Positions 1 to 9,396 of a stretch of 64,000 nt of DNA are shown here, piece after piece. A program made the translations under genes and the position numbers. The notes below the pieces were generated by a model, which was given only the letters and a program-made list of their open reading frames with translations, ran no database searches and was not told the DNA's origin. Origin of the DNA: Thermodesulfobacteriota bacterium (GTDB taxonomy: Bacteria; Desulfobacterota; Desulfarculia; JACQYL01); the NCBI GenBank assembly GCA_963675595.2, contig CAXXLZ010000002.1, positions 1,120,001-1,184,000 on the forward strand, read 5' to 3'. Position 1 is the first letter of the stretch. Each line of letters begins with the position of its first letter.

Positions 1-1070
1 CGGTGCTTTCGCATTTCACCGCCCATGGGCATGGCTCCGCCGCCTCCGCCGCAGCACCAGTTATAGTAGCCCTGGTGCTCCATAGGGCGAAAGTCCTCGG
101 ACAGCATCTCAGCCAGTTCCCGATTCTTTTGCGCAAGACCGCCGCTGCGAATCACGTTGCAGGGGTCCTGAACCGTGGTGGGCTCTTTGATTTTGTGCTT
201 GAGCTTGATGCGGCCCTCTTTGAGGTAGCCGTGAAACAGTTCGACGGAATGGATCACTTCCTGTTTGGGAGTGTATCCCAGCCAAGTGGGCGCTTCGAAT
301 TTGAGGGCCCGGAATGCGTGCCCGCATTCCGTCACCGCGACCTGTTGAACGCCCAATTCTTCCGCGCGCTGGAACGTGTTCTCCACGATGGTTTTCGCAG
401 TCTTCACGTCTCCGCAGAACATGGGAAGATTGGTGTCGTCCCAGCCCTTCTTCGACGGAAGCGTGTAATCCTCCCCGGCAACGTGAAAGATCTTGGAGAC
501 TTCCATGATATCTTGGGGATAGAACATGGGCTCCCGGGCGTTCACCGTGTACATGATCTTGGCCCCTTGCTTGTCGATGGGTATGGTGACCCCCAACAAT
601 TCTTCCGCGGTCTCCTCCTCACACCACTCCAGCGTATCGACCCAGTCCTCGTCCGTCACCGCCATTTGGTTGCCGAATTCCCGGTAGTTTTCTCCCGCCT
701 TCAACAGCCCCTCCGGGGCTTTTCCCTTGGAAAAGAGGAAAGCTCTCAAAAGAGCGATCATCAGGGCGATGTCGATGCCGAAAGGACAATACAATGCGCA
801 TCGACGGCACATATTGCATTCGTGATAGATCGTGTCGTAGACCTTCTCGAGGTATTGAGGATCGACCTCGCCCTTCTTTTTGAGCAACTCGCTCAGAAAC
901 CTCACTTTGTAGGAAGGAATCATTTTCGGGTCGTTTCCCGACGCTCGGTAGAAATGGCAGGTATCCGCACACAACCCGCAGTGAGTGCATATCTGCAGCC
1001 AGGTCTTGAAGCGGGCTCCCAGCCTGGGTTTAAGGAATTCCCGGATATCCTCGGCGTTCACGGATTCCAT
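1..1070 (-). CDS. HmcF/TmcB-like Fe-S oxidoreductase with CCG domains (3' end runs off the window; absent from the ORF track)
   Basis: Manual translation: MESVNAEDIREFLKPRLGARFKTWLQICTHCGLCADTCHF...CNMCRRCALYCPFGID...VTECGHAFR...QDPCN...NWCCGGGGG. Two 4Fe-4S motifs plus CCG motifs. Lies directly downstream of the HmcE-like gene. Confidence 0.85.
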   Translation of the reverse strand, partial: MESVNAEDIREFLKPRLGARFKTWLQICTHCGLCADTCHFYRASGNDPKMIPSYKVRFLSELLKKKGEVDPQYLEKVYDTIYHECNMCRRCALYCPFGIDIALMIALLRAFLFSKGKAPEGLLKAGENYREFGNQMAVTDEDWVDTLEWCEEETAEELLGVTIPIDKQGAKIMYTVNAREPMFYPQDIMEVSKIFHVAGEDYTLPSKKGWDDTNLPMFCGDVKTAKTIVENTFQRAEELGVQQVAVTECGHAFRALKFEAPTWLGYTPKQEVIHSVELFHGYLKEGRIKLKHKIKEPTTVQDPCNVIRSGGLAQKNRELAEMLSEDFRPMEHQGYYNWCCGGGGGAMPMGGEMRKH

Positions 1071-1144
1071 TCTATGTGGTCCCCCGTATCTGAGATGGTT
1101 CTCTTTTCAATCAGGCATGACTCTCGGATCGAGCGATTTTCAGC

Positions 1145-1810
1145 CTAAATCGTGTACCCGCGCCTGCCGAATTCCACGGCCGAAGCGGCCCTGGAAAAGA
1201 AGAACAGAATGAAATGGGACAATTTGGTGAACGGAATGAGAATCAACATCAGTTCACCCGAAAGCATATGGAGCAGCTGCATGTGGTCCCCGAAAAAAGG
1301 AACGTCCTGCATGGTGCCGTGCGTGGTGAAATATCCGGTCACGTACGGGAGGAGGACCACGACCAGTAACAGGTAATCCGAAAACGAGGAAATCAAACGA
1401 ACGCTCGGGGACAGCAGTCGTCTCAGCAGGAAGAAAATCCCGATACCGATCACAAAGATCGTCATCCAATCCGCCCACCCGTCCGGAAGCGGTGTCCAGT
1501 ACCATTCAAAACGAGACATCTCCCAGAGCGTGATATGCCCCGACAGCCACACGGGCACAACGATCAGGCACACGTGAAAGATATAGCCCGCGATGGTGAA
1601 CACCGGGTTCTTGATCACGGTTTTGTTGAGAGGAAGAAGCCAGCGGCCCAAGGTGCCGAAAACGAATTTCCAGCGAAAGTGCCGGTACATGATCTTGTCT
1701 TTGGTCACCGATTCGGAAAAGAACAGGACGATCCTGATCAGGCTTCCGATAATGAAGGTGAGCATTGCGACCCAAAGGAGGGGACCTTCCACGAAATAGA
1801 AGAAGTCCAT
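1145..1810 (-). CDS. HmcE/TmcC-like (NarI family) cytochrome b membrane subunit
   Basis: About five hydrophobic segments with heme-ligand-like His residues (YIFHVC, LSGHI, LLHMLSGE) and C-terminal IPFTKLSHF, typical of the NarI/HmcE family. Confidence 0.8.
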   Translation of the reverse strand: MDFFYFVEGPLLWVAMLTFIIGSLIRIVLFFSESVTKDKIMYRHFRWKFVFGTLGRWLLPLNKTVIKNPVFTIAGYIFHVCLIVVPVWLSGHITLWEMSRFEWYWTPLPDGWADWMTIFVIGIGIFFLLRRLLSPSVRLISSFSDYLLLVVVLLPYVTGYFTTHGTMQDVPFFGDHMQLLHMLSGELMLILIPFTKLSHFILFFFSRAASAVEFGRRGYTI

Positions 1811-1877
1811 GATCCGATCGATCTCCTTTCACCTGGTGGTTTTGCTGCAGCCCGACGGAGCCGGGTTGACCTCGGAA

Positions 1878-1893
1878 TGCAATTCTCATACCG
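1878..1893 (-). promoter_or_regulatory. sigma54 (-24/-12) promoter for the hmcE/hmcF-like pair
   Basis: Minus strand CGGTAT-GAGAA-TTGCA (GG-N10-GC). IHF-like TTTCAATCTGTTA at 1921-1933. Confidence 0.6.
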
Positions 1894-1968
1894 AGCTCAA
1901 ATCCACAACTTATCACGTAATTTCAATCTGTTATACATTCCAGCCGACACGGCCTCTCCCCCTAAGGA

Positions 1969-2209
1969 CGGGGCATATCTCCCCATCCCGGAAATGCGAC
2001 TCCGGCTCATCGCTCGCCAAAAATGGACGGTGGGTACGGGACGATGGAAAACAATCACATGGAAGGCGTGAAAATCTTTAGGAATGATAAACAAATAGAG
2101 CACATCCCACCGACCTGGGATGGGGCGTGGCGCCCCGGAACGCGTTTCCCAACAACCTGTCACGGGACGATTTTGGCTCCTTCCCCTGCGTTTGGGTAAG
2201 ATCATCCCA
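1969..2209. promoter_or_regulatory. Candidate enhancer (bEBP) sites, 17-bp inverted repeats
   Basis: CGGGGCATATCTCCCCA (1969-1985), TGGGGCGTGGCGCCCCG (2121-2137) and TGGGTAAGATCATCCCA (2193-2209) upstream of the sigma54 site. Confidence 0.45.
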
Positions 2210-2373
2210 TACGTTACTTTTATCCCCGGTTGAAATCCATCGGTGAAAATTTTCATTTGCCGGCCCCTGCTTGTGCGGTCTTCGCCCCGCTGAAGCGTGA
2301 CGAAGCCGAACCGGGGAATTCCTTGGCCGATTCAGGAGATGGGGGGATCGTTGGAGATATGTGAGGAGACGAA

Positions 2374-2467
2374 CTTCTCCGCCGAAGGCGCTGATGCCTT
2401 TTGGAGGCGCCTTGGATGGGGGTTCGGGGGAAGACTTTCGCGAAAGTCTTCCCCCGTGAATGCATAC
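2374..2467 (+). repeat. Dispersed REP-like palindromic repeat, family A
   Basis: CTCCGCCG..GGATGGGGGTTCGGGGGAAGACTTTCGCGAAAGTCTTCCCCCGTGAATGC. Near-identical to 54927-55020 and similar to 36111-36196. Confidence 0.85.
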
Positions 2468-2613
2468 AATGTTTCTTTTCGAGCGGGCTCTTCAGACGTG
2501 GTGAGACTTGTCGAGAAACACTGGAAGATTGGAAGCGGCGCCCGATGGGCAGGGTTCGGCGAGCTCCACCGAGTGAACGGACGCTTGGGAGGTCACACCG
2601 TGGAACCGTTTCA

Positions 2614-3471
2614 TCAATACATGACCACCCCTCCGTCCACATTGATGGCTTGGCCCGTAATGAACTCGGATTCCCTTGAGGAGAGAAAGCAAACCAGATC
2701 GGCTACTTCCGAAGGACACCCGAAGCGGGCTTTGGGTATCTGGCTCAGGAGAATGCGCTTTTCCTTCGCCGAATCGATGCCCAACAGGCGGGCTCCGCTT
2801 TCGAAGACCCCGTCTTTTCCTTCAAGGATATGGGTTTGGATGTATCCCGGACACACCACGTTCACGTTGATCCCTTGCGAAGCCCACTCTTGTGCCATCA
2901 CTCTGCTCATGCCGATGATCGCCGACTTTGCCGCCGAATAGGCCCCGCAGAAAAGGCTTCCCACCTTACCCAGTATGGAGGAAATCTGTATGATCCTGCC
3001 GCCCTCTCCTTGTTCGCCCATGATACGAGCTGCGGCCTTGGAGCACAGGAAGCACCCTTTGACCATGACGCGATACGAAAGGTCGAACACCTTTTCATCC
3101 ATATCCTGCATGGGTTGTAGGATACACGCCCCCGCATTGTTCACAAGCACGTCGATACGGCCGAAATGCTCCAAAGCGGCCTGCATGACCCGTTCGACCT
3201 CATCCGCCCTTCCAACGTCGGCCGCCACCCCCAAAGCCTCGTAGCCTTTCTCTCGGAATCTCCGGACGGTACTCTCAAGCTCTTCCTTGGTTGCCGGAAC
3301 ATAATCGGGATATTCCTCCAAAGGTCTCGTAACATCCACCAGAACGACTCGGGCCCCCTCCTCGGCCAAACGTTCCGCCACAGCCGCTCCGATTCCGGGC
3401 ATGCTCGGCCCGTCGGGATCACCTCGTCCCGCACCCGTAATAATCGCCGTTTTTCCAGCTAATCGGCCCAT
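2614..3471 (-). CDS. Short-chain dehydrogenase/reductase (SDR)
   Basis: TGAGRG..GIG, NNAG, YSAAK, NVVCPG and ITGQAINVDGG motifs. GGAGG RBS ahead of ATG 3471. Confidence 0.9.
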   Translation of the reverse strand: MGRLAGKTAIITGAGRGDPDGPSMPGIGAAVAERLAEEGARVVLVDVTRPLEEYPDYVPATKEELESTVRRFREKGYEALGVAADVGRADEVERVMQAALEHFGRIDVLVNNAGACILQPMQDMDEKVFDLSYRVMVKGCFLCSKAAARIMGEQGEGGRIIQISSILGKVGSLFCGAYSAAKSAIIGMSRVMAQEWASQGINVNVVCPGYIQTHILEGKDGVFESGARLLGIDSAKEKRILLSQIPKARFGCPSEVADLVCFLSSRESEFITGQAINVDGGVVMY

Positions 3472-4096
3472 AGTCTTCATCCTCCACTGGTGGAATTTCT
3501 CCAATTTCGGAAACGTTTCACGCCGCAGAAGCCATTGTCCCTTCTTCACAAGCTTCCCCGGTACACAAGAAAAACAAAAACGGCCGTCGACCGTTTCATT
3601 GCGACCCTACTCCGCTGCCGTTTCATGGTCAAAGGATTTCAGACGCACGCTCTCCGTAACGACGGATCACTTGAACGGAATATCCAAAATCGCCGGCAAG
3701 TCCCTTCCTACGGCCTTCCCCGATAGAACGCCTCCCCATGGGAGGATTCCGCCGTGTCGAAGGTCGTCTGGGACGCGGCCCCCCTTCCTTTCCAGCCGGC
3801 CGCGAACTCTCCGCTCAATTGAAGGTATTTCCTGCCGTTCAGGTGCCTGGACTGGATTAGATATACGTGTGTTCCGGCCACTCATCTCGACAGTGCACCG
3901 GCAGCACACTCGAAGCTCTCGGCTTCGGGGCCGCCGGCCCAAGGCCGCTAACCGCGGCTCGAACGTTCTTGGAAGAGGTTGAGGTCCGCCTGTGGCGGAT
4001 ATGGAAGGCCCCCCCAAATCACGTCCCATGAATTCCGTGTTCGGGGAGAGAAGAATAAGGTGGGCGCCGGGCAGGCCGGAAATATCCGAGTCGGAT

Positions 4097-5647
4097 TCAC
4101 GACACCGCGACCCGGTTTCTACCGGTTGATTTTGCGTGATATAGCGCATTATCCGCTCGTTGGATCACTTGTTCGGCTCCGGCGTCTTCAGGTTTGATCT
4201 CGGTGAGACCCAGAGAAATAGTCACCGGCACCGTCTCACCCTTGACCGTGAATTTGGTGCCTTCTATCTCCTTACGGAGCTTCTCCCCGACTTCTCGGCC
4301 CTGGGCGGCCCGTGTCTCAGGGAGTAAAACAACGAATTCCTCGCCCCCGTACCGAGCCAACGAGTCACTCTCCCGGATGACTTTTGCCAGCCTGCGAACC
4401 AATTCGATCAGGCAGTTGTCCCCGATGAAATGGCCATACATATCGTTAATCTTCTTGAAATGGTCCACATCCACCATAATCAGGGAGAATATCCTATGAT
4501 AGCGATAGAAACGGCTGATTTCGTCCCCAAGTCGCTCCAGCAGCCCGAGTCGATTCAGGGCCCCGGTCAACGGATCTCTTTGTATCCTGGTGGAGAGGGT
4601 TTTGTTTTCCTCTTCAACACAACGCACATGGTCCTCCAAAACACAAAACTCACGCCTCAAACCCTCCAATTCGCTTCTCGTGGCTCGCAGCCTTACCTCA
4701 TCCTGCGCACGCTTCTTGTTCACCATTTCTTTGATCGTATTCAGCCTGGTCACCACGACTCCCTTTAATTCGGCCAATTGCAGAGAATTGGAGGCCGCCA
4801 TGCCCATATCGTCCGCTTCGGCGACAACCTGTTTGAAAAAGGCGTCGTTGGCCTGGTGAACCACGTTGGAATGCTCCCACCCCGCAGTGAAATGTTTCTC
4901 CAACTCCGAGAGATGCAAAAGCACTTCCGAAATAAAAGTAGCGGCCTGCCGCCGTTCCTGAAACACCTGTTCCGAATAGCGCGTCACCAGACTTTCTATT
5001 TCCGGCCTCAAGGACGACAGCTGTGCCTCATCTCCGGACAGGGTCACTGTCCTCCGCAAGGACCGTATTCGCCGTACGTACTCCTCGTCCAAATCCAGAT
5101 GTAGTCGGTCCAAGAGCAGGAGATAGAGCTGCTTGGCCTCTCCAAGCCATGAATCCACCCCTGCCTCTGAGCGCGCTTCATCGCCGTCCTCATGATCCGA
5201 CTTCAAAGGCGTTGTGACGAGTCCCCCGGTTCGGGTCAGTCGTTCCATTTGATTCACGTTGCGGCAAGCCTGGTTTAGGTAGGCCAGCGCGGCTTCAAGC
5301 TCTATAAGGTCGGCTCCGTTGATCAGTTCCTTCTTCAGGTTCTTCAGTGCCTGATCCAGCATTTCTCCTCGGGGAAGAGAGGTTGAATTGATGACCGTGA
5401 CCAGCGCCGCTTTTAAAAAGTCCGCCAATTCGTCGGCTCCGTACTCCTGATCCGGATGCCTCGCCGCAGTCGTCTCCCGTTCCGGAAGGATCTTCTCGAA
5501 ACACCGAGTCAAAGCTTCCATCTCTGCAGGCTGGGCCATGTATCGCGAGAGATTCGCTATGTTCAGGCTTTCCCCTTTGGCGGAGAGGTGTCTAAGAATG
5601 TCGATCACGATTTTTGCCGGTTCTTTCAAGGATTCAATATAATCCAT
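4097..5647 (-). CDS. Diguanylate cyclase (GGDEF) with N-terminal coiled-coil region
   Basis: DPLTGALNR, DVDHFKKIND, RESD I-site and RYGGEEF. Start moved to MDYIE based on a GGAGG RBS. Confidence 0.9.
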   Translation of the reverse strand: MDYIESLKEPAKIVIDILRHLSAKGESLNIANLSRYMAQPAEMEALTRCFEKILPERETTAARHPDQEYGADELADFLKAALVTVINSTSLPRGEMLDQALKNLKKELINGADLIELEAALAYLNQACRNVNQMERLTRTGGLVTTPLKSDHEDGDEARSEAGVDSWLGEAKQLYLLLLDRLHLDLDEEYVRRIRSLRRTVTLSGDEAQLSSLRPEIESLVTRYSEQVFQERRQAATFISEVLLHLSELEKHFTAGWEHSNVVHQANDAFFKQVVAEADDMGMAASNSLQLAELKGVVVTRLNTIKEMVNKKRAQDEVRLRATRSELEGLRREFCVLEDHVRCVEEENKTLSTRIQRDPLTGALNRLGLLERLGDEISRFYRYHRIFSLIMVDVDHFKKINDMYGHFIGDNCLIELVRRLAKVIRESDSLARYGGEEFVVLLPETRAAQGREVGEKLRKEIEGTKFTVKGETVPVTISLGLTEIKPEDAGAEQVIQRADNALYHAKSTGRNRVAVS

Positions 5648-5902
5648 AGTGCCTCCCATGTCCGATACGAAGCCGGCTCGTCCAATGAGGCCGGTATTCA
5701 CACGCCTTGCGATCTGAAGAGACTATTTGCATCATCGACAAACCAAAGCCCGTTTACCCGTGCCTGATCACCGCATTCCACATACTCTTCATCCCGGAAA
5801 ACGAGCATGCGGAATTTCCCGAATTTCCGGTCCTCCCGACGAATGGGCGAAACCATCCGCTCCCTTTCGAAGTTCATGCACGAGCGTAAGCCCCGATCCT
5901 AC

Positions 5903-6766
5903 TCAAGTCACCGTCCTCTTGACGGCATCCAGGAGCTTTTCGCGGCTTACCGGTTTCACCAGGTACCCGGATACTTTCAACGTCTTCGCGTGGACCACCT
6001 CATCCGTGCGTGAAGACGAAGTGAGCAGGATGAACTTGGCTTCCGGGGCTCGTTTCCGGATCGTCGTGATGGCATCGAAACCTCCCATCTTGGGCATATT
6101 CAAGTCCATCACAGTGACATGGGGTGCAAAGGACTTGTGCAATTTCGCGGCCTGAAGACCGTCCTGCGCGTCTTCCACTTCGAAACCCGCTTCCTCCAAA
6201 TTGCCACGCACCATGTTTCGAATCACTTTGGAGTCGTCGACCACCAGCACGCGCTTCTTTTCATTGTGCTCTCCGCAGGGTTCATTAAATGAGACCTGAA
6301 ATACAACCTGCGAAAAGGCGAGTTGAAGGATAATCTGGTAGGTTTCGAACTTGAAGCCGACGGTTTGCGACAGCTGGGCTTCCTGTAACGGGGAGGGCGG
6401 ACCGAACAAAACAGGCATACCCATGCGATCCCAGGTTGAGATGGTGCGGCCGACCACCGTGTTCACAAATTCACCAAGAACATCCAATGCCGTCTCGTCA
6501 AGCGAGTCCAATGCCGGCAAGCCCATGTTTTTCGCTACCGAAGACGCCACGGACAGAGCCATCTTCTCGTCGGGGAATCCAAGGATGAAATGCCCCCTGA
6601 TGTTGGGATCATCTCTATGTTCATAACTTATCACCTGCGCCACTGGGAAACTGCTCGTGCGGAACTCCTCCTTATCCACCTTGGAGGACCGGATACCGAT
6701 ACCGGTCATTTCCGAAAAGATGGTCTTGGCACATACCCCCATGATTTCAACATATTTAGTGTACAT
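5903..6766 (-). CDS. CheX-like phosphatase domain fused to a receiver (CheY-like) domain
   Basis: N-terminal DVLGEFVNTVVG (CheC/CheX E-x-x-N motif). C-terminal VLVVDDS..MDLNMP..YLVKP. Confidence 0.85.
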   Translation of the reverse strand: MYTKYVEIMGVCAKTIFSEMTGIGIRSSKVDKEEFRTSSFPVAQVISYEHRDDPNIRGHFILGFPDEKMALSVASSVAKNMGLPALDSLDETALDVLGEFVNTVVGRTISTWDRMGMPVLFGPPSPLQEAQLSQTVGFKFETYQIILQLAFSQVVFQVSFNEPCGEHNEKKRVLVVDDSKVIRNMVRGNLEEAGFEVEDAQDGLQAAKLHKSFAPHVTVMDLNMPKMGGFDAITTIRKRAPEAKFILLTSSSRTDEVVHAKTLKVSGYLVKPVSREKLLDAVKRTVT

Positions 6767-7500
6767 GTATACGCCTCCCGCGGGCCTGCCCTACCGAGCC
6801 GCCGGTCCACCTGAAAATCTTGACAAAAAGAACTCCGGAATCTGTTGTATCCTTATTTCCCACTAGCTTGACCGGCTATTGGAACCATGCCGGTCGCGAC
6901 GAGCGCCCTCCGCGTCGAATCCGATTGATGTTCGGGGTATGACAACATAATGGTTATACATAATAATCTCAATCAAAGACCGCATGCAGCCTTTTCTTGG
7001 GCATGAAGGAAATTATGCATTGAAGACGGCGGTTGGTGGACAAACGATCCGGAAGGACCGCCTGATCATTCGGGGTCGCGCGTGGATGGAACTACCTGAT
7101 GATCCGGCTGAACATCCGTATCAAGGGTCGTTCCGCATCCCGTCGTCTTCTGCAGCTTCCGAGGATTCAGCGTCCATTCGGTTCCCACGGATGATGCGGA
7201 GGGCAAATAGGATCATCCGGCAAATGCCGGGACCCGGTCACCAATCAGACGGTTATTTCCACAGGCTTATCCCTCTCAAGGTTCGGAAGCCCGAATCATG
7301 CATCTACTCGCTCCGACAGAAACCCGGCAAGCTTTTTTTGCCCGCTCTCAGGGCACATACGTTGGCTTGAACGCTTGAAAGGCACATAATGCGGCCCCAA
7401 AACCTCACCGACGGCACATCCAAACGTGGTTGGAGCCTTTTTCACCGAAAAGTACCTCGCCTGACGGAACCATGCAAACCATTGATCAGGTCACGCCCCC

Positions 7501-7788
7501 TCAATCTCGCCGCCCGAATACCGCTCGGCACTGGTGCCGCAAAAGGAACGCCGAGGCAATTTGCGCCTGCCGATAAAGGGCGTGGTAGCCAATCCTTGCT
7601 CCGGCTTTGGTCAATCACATGATAATCTATTCCATGGAGTGGTGCCCGTCCCCGCCCCAAAAACAGGAACGGCGGATCAGATGAAACAGGTTGTGTGCAC
7701 GAAAACCCATCTTCAGCCTGGCTTCATTGGCCGCAGAGCGACTGCAACTCGTCTTCTCCCGTCGCAGTGTGTGCTTACCCTCCTAAAT
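7501..7788 (-). pseudogene. IS1380-family transposase C-terminal remnant
   Basis: Manual translation I*EGKHTLRREKTSCSRSAANEARLKMGFRAHNLFHLIR...SME*IIM*LTKAGARIGYHALY..IASAFLLRHQCRAVFG resembles the IS1380 EGK..SC..ANEARL..NL signature, with several stop codons. Confidence 0.7.
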
Positions 7789-7968
7789 ATCGAAGGAAGT
7801 GGAAGGACCGGCCAAGGACTCGACGGCTCGGTCGGAAACCGGAATCCAAAGCGCGCCCGCCAAAGCGTAAATCAGGGCTATGCACAGAGCCACGGTCCGA
7901 CGTGGCGGCTTTCCGCGGGTTTCGTGAGGGCGTTCGTGGTCTTCCAGGCAGGACATGGGGGGCTTCAC
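7783..7968 (-). pseudogene. Truncated N-terminus of a membrane sensor protein
   Basis: IALIYALAGALWIPVSDRAV resembles the first TM segment of many sensor/GGDEF proteins. It ends where the IS1380 remnant begins. Confidence 0.5.
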
Positions 7969-8118
7969 CCCCGATGGATATTTGGAGTGAATTATTACGT
8001 CAATGCGTTATCGAACACAAAAATGGAAAGACCGGTTTCAATGCGGTCGCCGCAGGGAACCGGTCCTACCTCGGTCGGAGTCCGCACGGAGGAGTTTGCG
8101 GAAGGTAGTGATTCTCAT

Positions 8119-9249
8119 TCAGCTGCATTCGAAAATATGAACCAGTTCGTTCACCGCCATGGTGGGCGACATTTCCCCTTCCAGAACGGCACTCTCAACA
8201 GTGTGCTTATTTTTCTTGATCCCCGCATGATTAAAGAAGCTGGACTTCAAATACTCCTGTACCATGCTGTAGACCCATTCCAGCAGTTGCGATCTCCGTC
8301 GTGCGTCGAACCGGCCGGACTGCATGGTGACCTTTCGGAATTCCTCAATAACCGACCAGATTTCCGCGATACCCACTCCCGTCAATGCCGAACAGGTATA
8401 GGCCTCGGTCCTCCATCCCTCGGTGGCCGGTTGCAGGTAGGGTAGAATACGGGAATATTCCAAGCGGGCGGTTTCCGCCCTGATCTTATTGTCACCGTCC
8501 GCTTTGTTCACCAGGATGGCGTCGGTCAACTCCATGATCCCCTTCTTCAAACCCTGCAACTCGTCTCCGGCTCCCGCGATCACAATCAGCAGGAAGAAAT
8601 CCACCATGGATCGGACCGTGGTCTCACTCTGTCCCACCCCCACGGTTTCCACCAGGACCACGTCGTAACCGGCGGCTTCGCAAACCAATACCGTCTCACG
8701 GCTCTTTCTGGCCACACCCCCTAGCACGCCGCCGGACGGTGAAGGTCGGATGAACGCATTGGGATGTCTGGAAAGCTTCTCCATGCGGGTCTTGTCCCCC
8801 AGGATGCTCCCTCGGGTCACGGTGCTGCTGGGGTCCACGGCCAGTACCGCCACTCTGTGGTCCTGATCGCACAAATGCGTCCCCAAGGCCTCGATGAAAG
8901 TGCTTTTCCCAGCGCCGGGAAAACCGGTGATTCCCACACGCATGGATCTGCCCGTCTCGGGGAGGAGGGCTTTCAGCATCTCCTGCGCTTGTTCCATATA
9001 AGCCGGAGAATTGCTTTCAACCAAGGTAATGGCCCTGCCCAGGACGGTTCGATTTCCTTCAAGCACTCCGTTCACATAATCATCTACGGACAGTTTCTTC
9101 CGCCGAGGGCCGGACGCGGGTTTAACCGGCCGGCACACTTTGGACGTCATACCGTCGTGACCGCCCATGACTCCGGCCATGACATGCGTGGTGAACTCTT
9201 CCCCGGCGTTCCCGGGTGTCCATTCAGGTCGCTTCTTGTTATCGGTCAT
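8119..9249 (-). CDS. meaB: Methylmalonyl-CoA mutase-associated GTPase MeaB (ArgK family)
   Basis: GITGFPGAGKST, LAVDPSS, GSILGDKTRM, ETVGVGQSE and NKAD motifs. Lies downstream of the mutase genes. Confidence 0.95.
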   Translation of the reverse strand: MTDNKKRPEWTPGNAGEEFTTHVMAGVMGGHDGMTSKVCRPVKPASGPRRKKLSVDDYVNGVLEGNRTVLGRAITLVESNSPAYMEQAQEMLKALLPETGRSMRVGITGFPGAGKSTFIEALGTHLCDQDHRVAVLAVDPSSTVTRGSILGDKTRMEKLSRHPNAFIRPSPSGGVLGGVARKSRETVLVCEAAGYDVVLVETVGVGQSETTVRSMVDFFLLIVIAGAGDELQGLKKGIMELTDAILVNKADGDNKIRAETARLEYSRILPYLQPATEGWRTEAYTCSALTGVGIAEIWSVIEEFRKVTMQSGRFDARRRSQLLEWVYSMVQEYLKSSFFNHAGIKKNKHTVESAVLEGEMSPTMAVNELVHIFECS

Positions 9250-9396
9250 GCCCTTTTTCCATCCTTGGTCCACTGCCCCGGGAGTTTCTCCCACAAGAGG
9301 CCCTCAGGCGGAACGCTCGTGCCCCGCCCGTGAGGGCCTCTCGATTTGACGGTTACTGTTGCATCAAGTCGGTTTTGGATCGTGTTTCGACCCGCG

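Noticed and set aside
3-1148. 381-aa plus-strand ORF
   Set aside because: Antisense shadow of the real minus-strand HmcF-like gene, which the track missed because its stop is outside the window.
2374-2467. Palindromic repeats as a CRISPR array
   Set aside because: Copies are dispersed tens of kb apart, with no repeat-spacer periodicity and no cas genes.
3508-3521. GAAACGTTTC palindrome (LacI-like operator) upstream of the SDR gene
   Set aside because: Single short site with no regulator nearby; could be chance.
3780-4090. GC-rich intergenic region as a possible 6S/ncRNA or intron fragment
   Set aside because: No conserved motif could be recognised by eye; it needs an Rfam scan.
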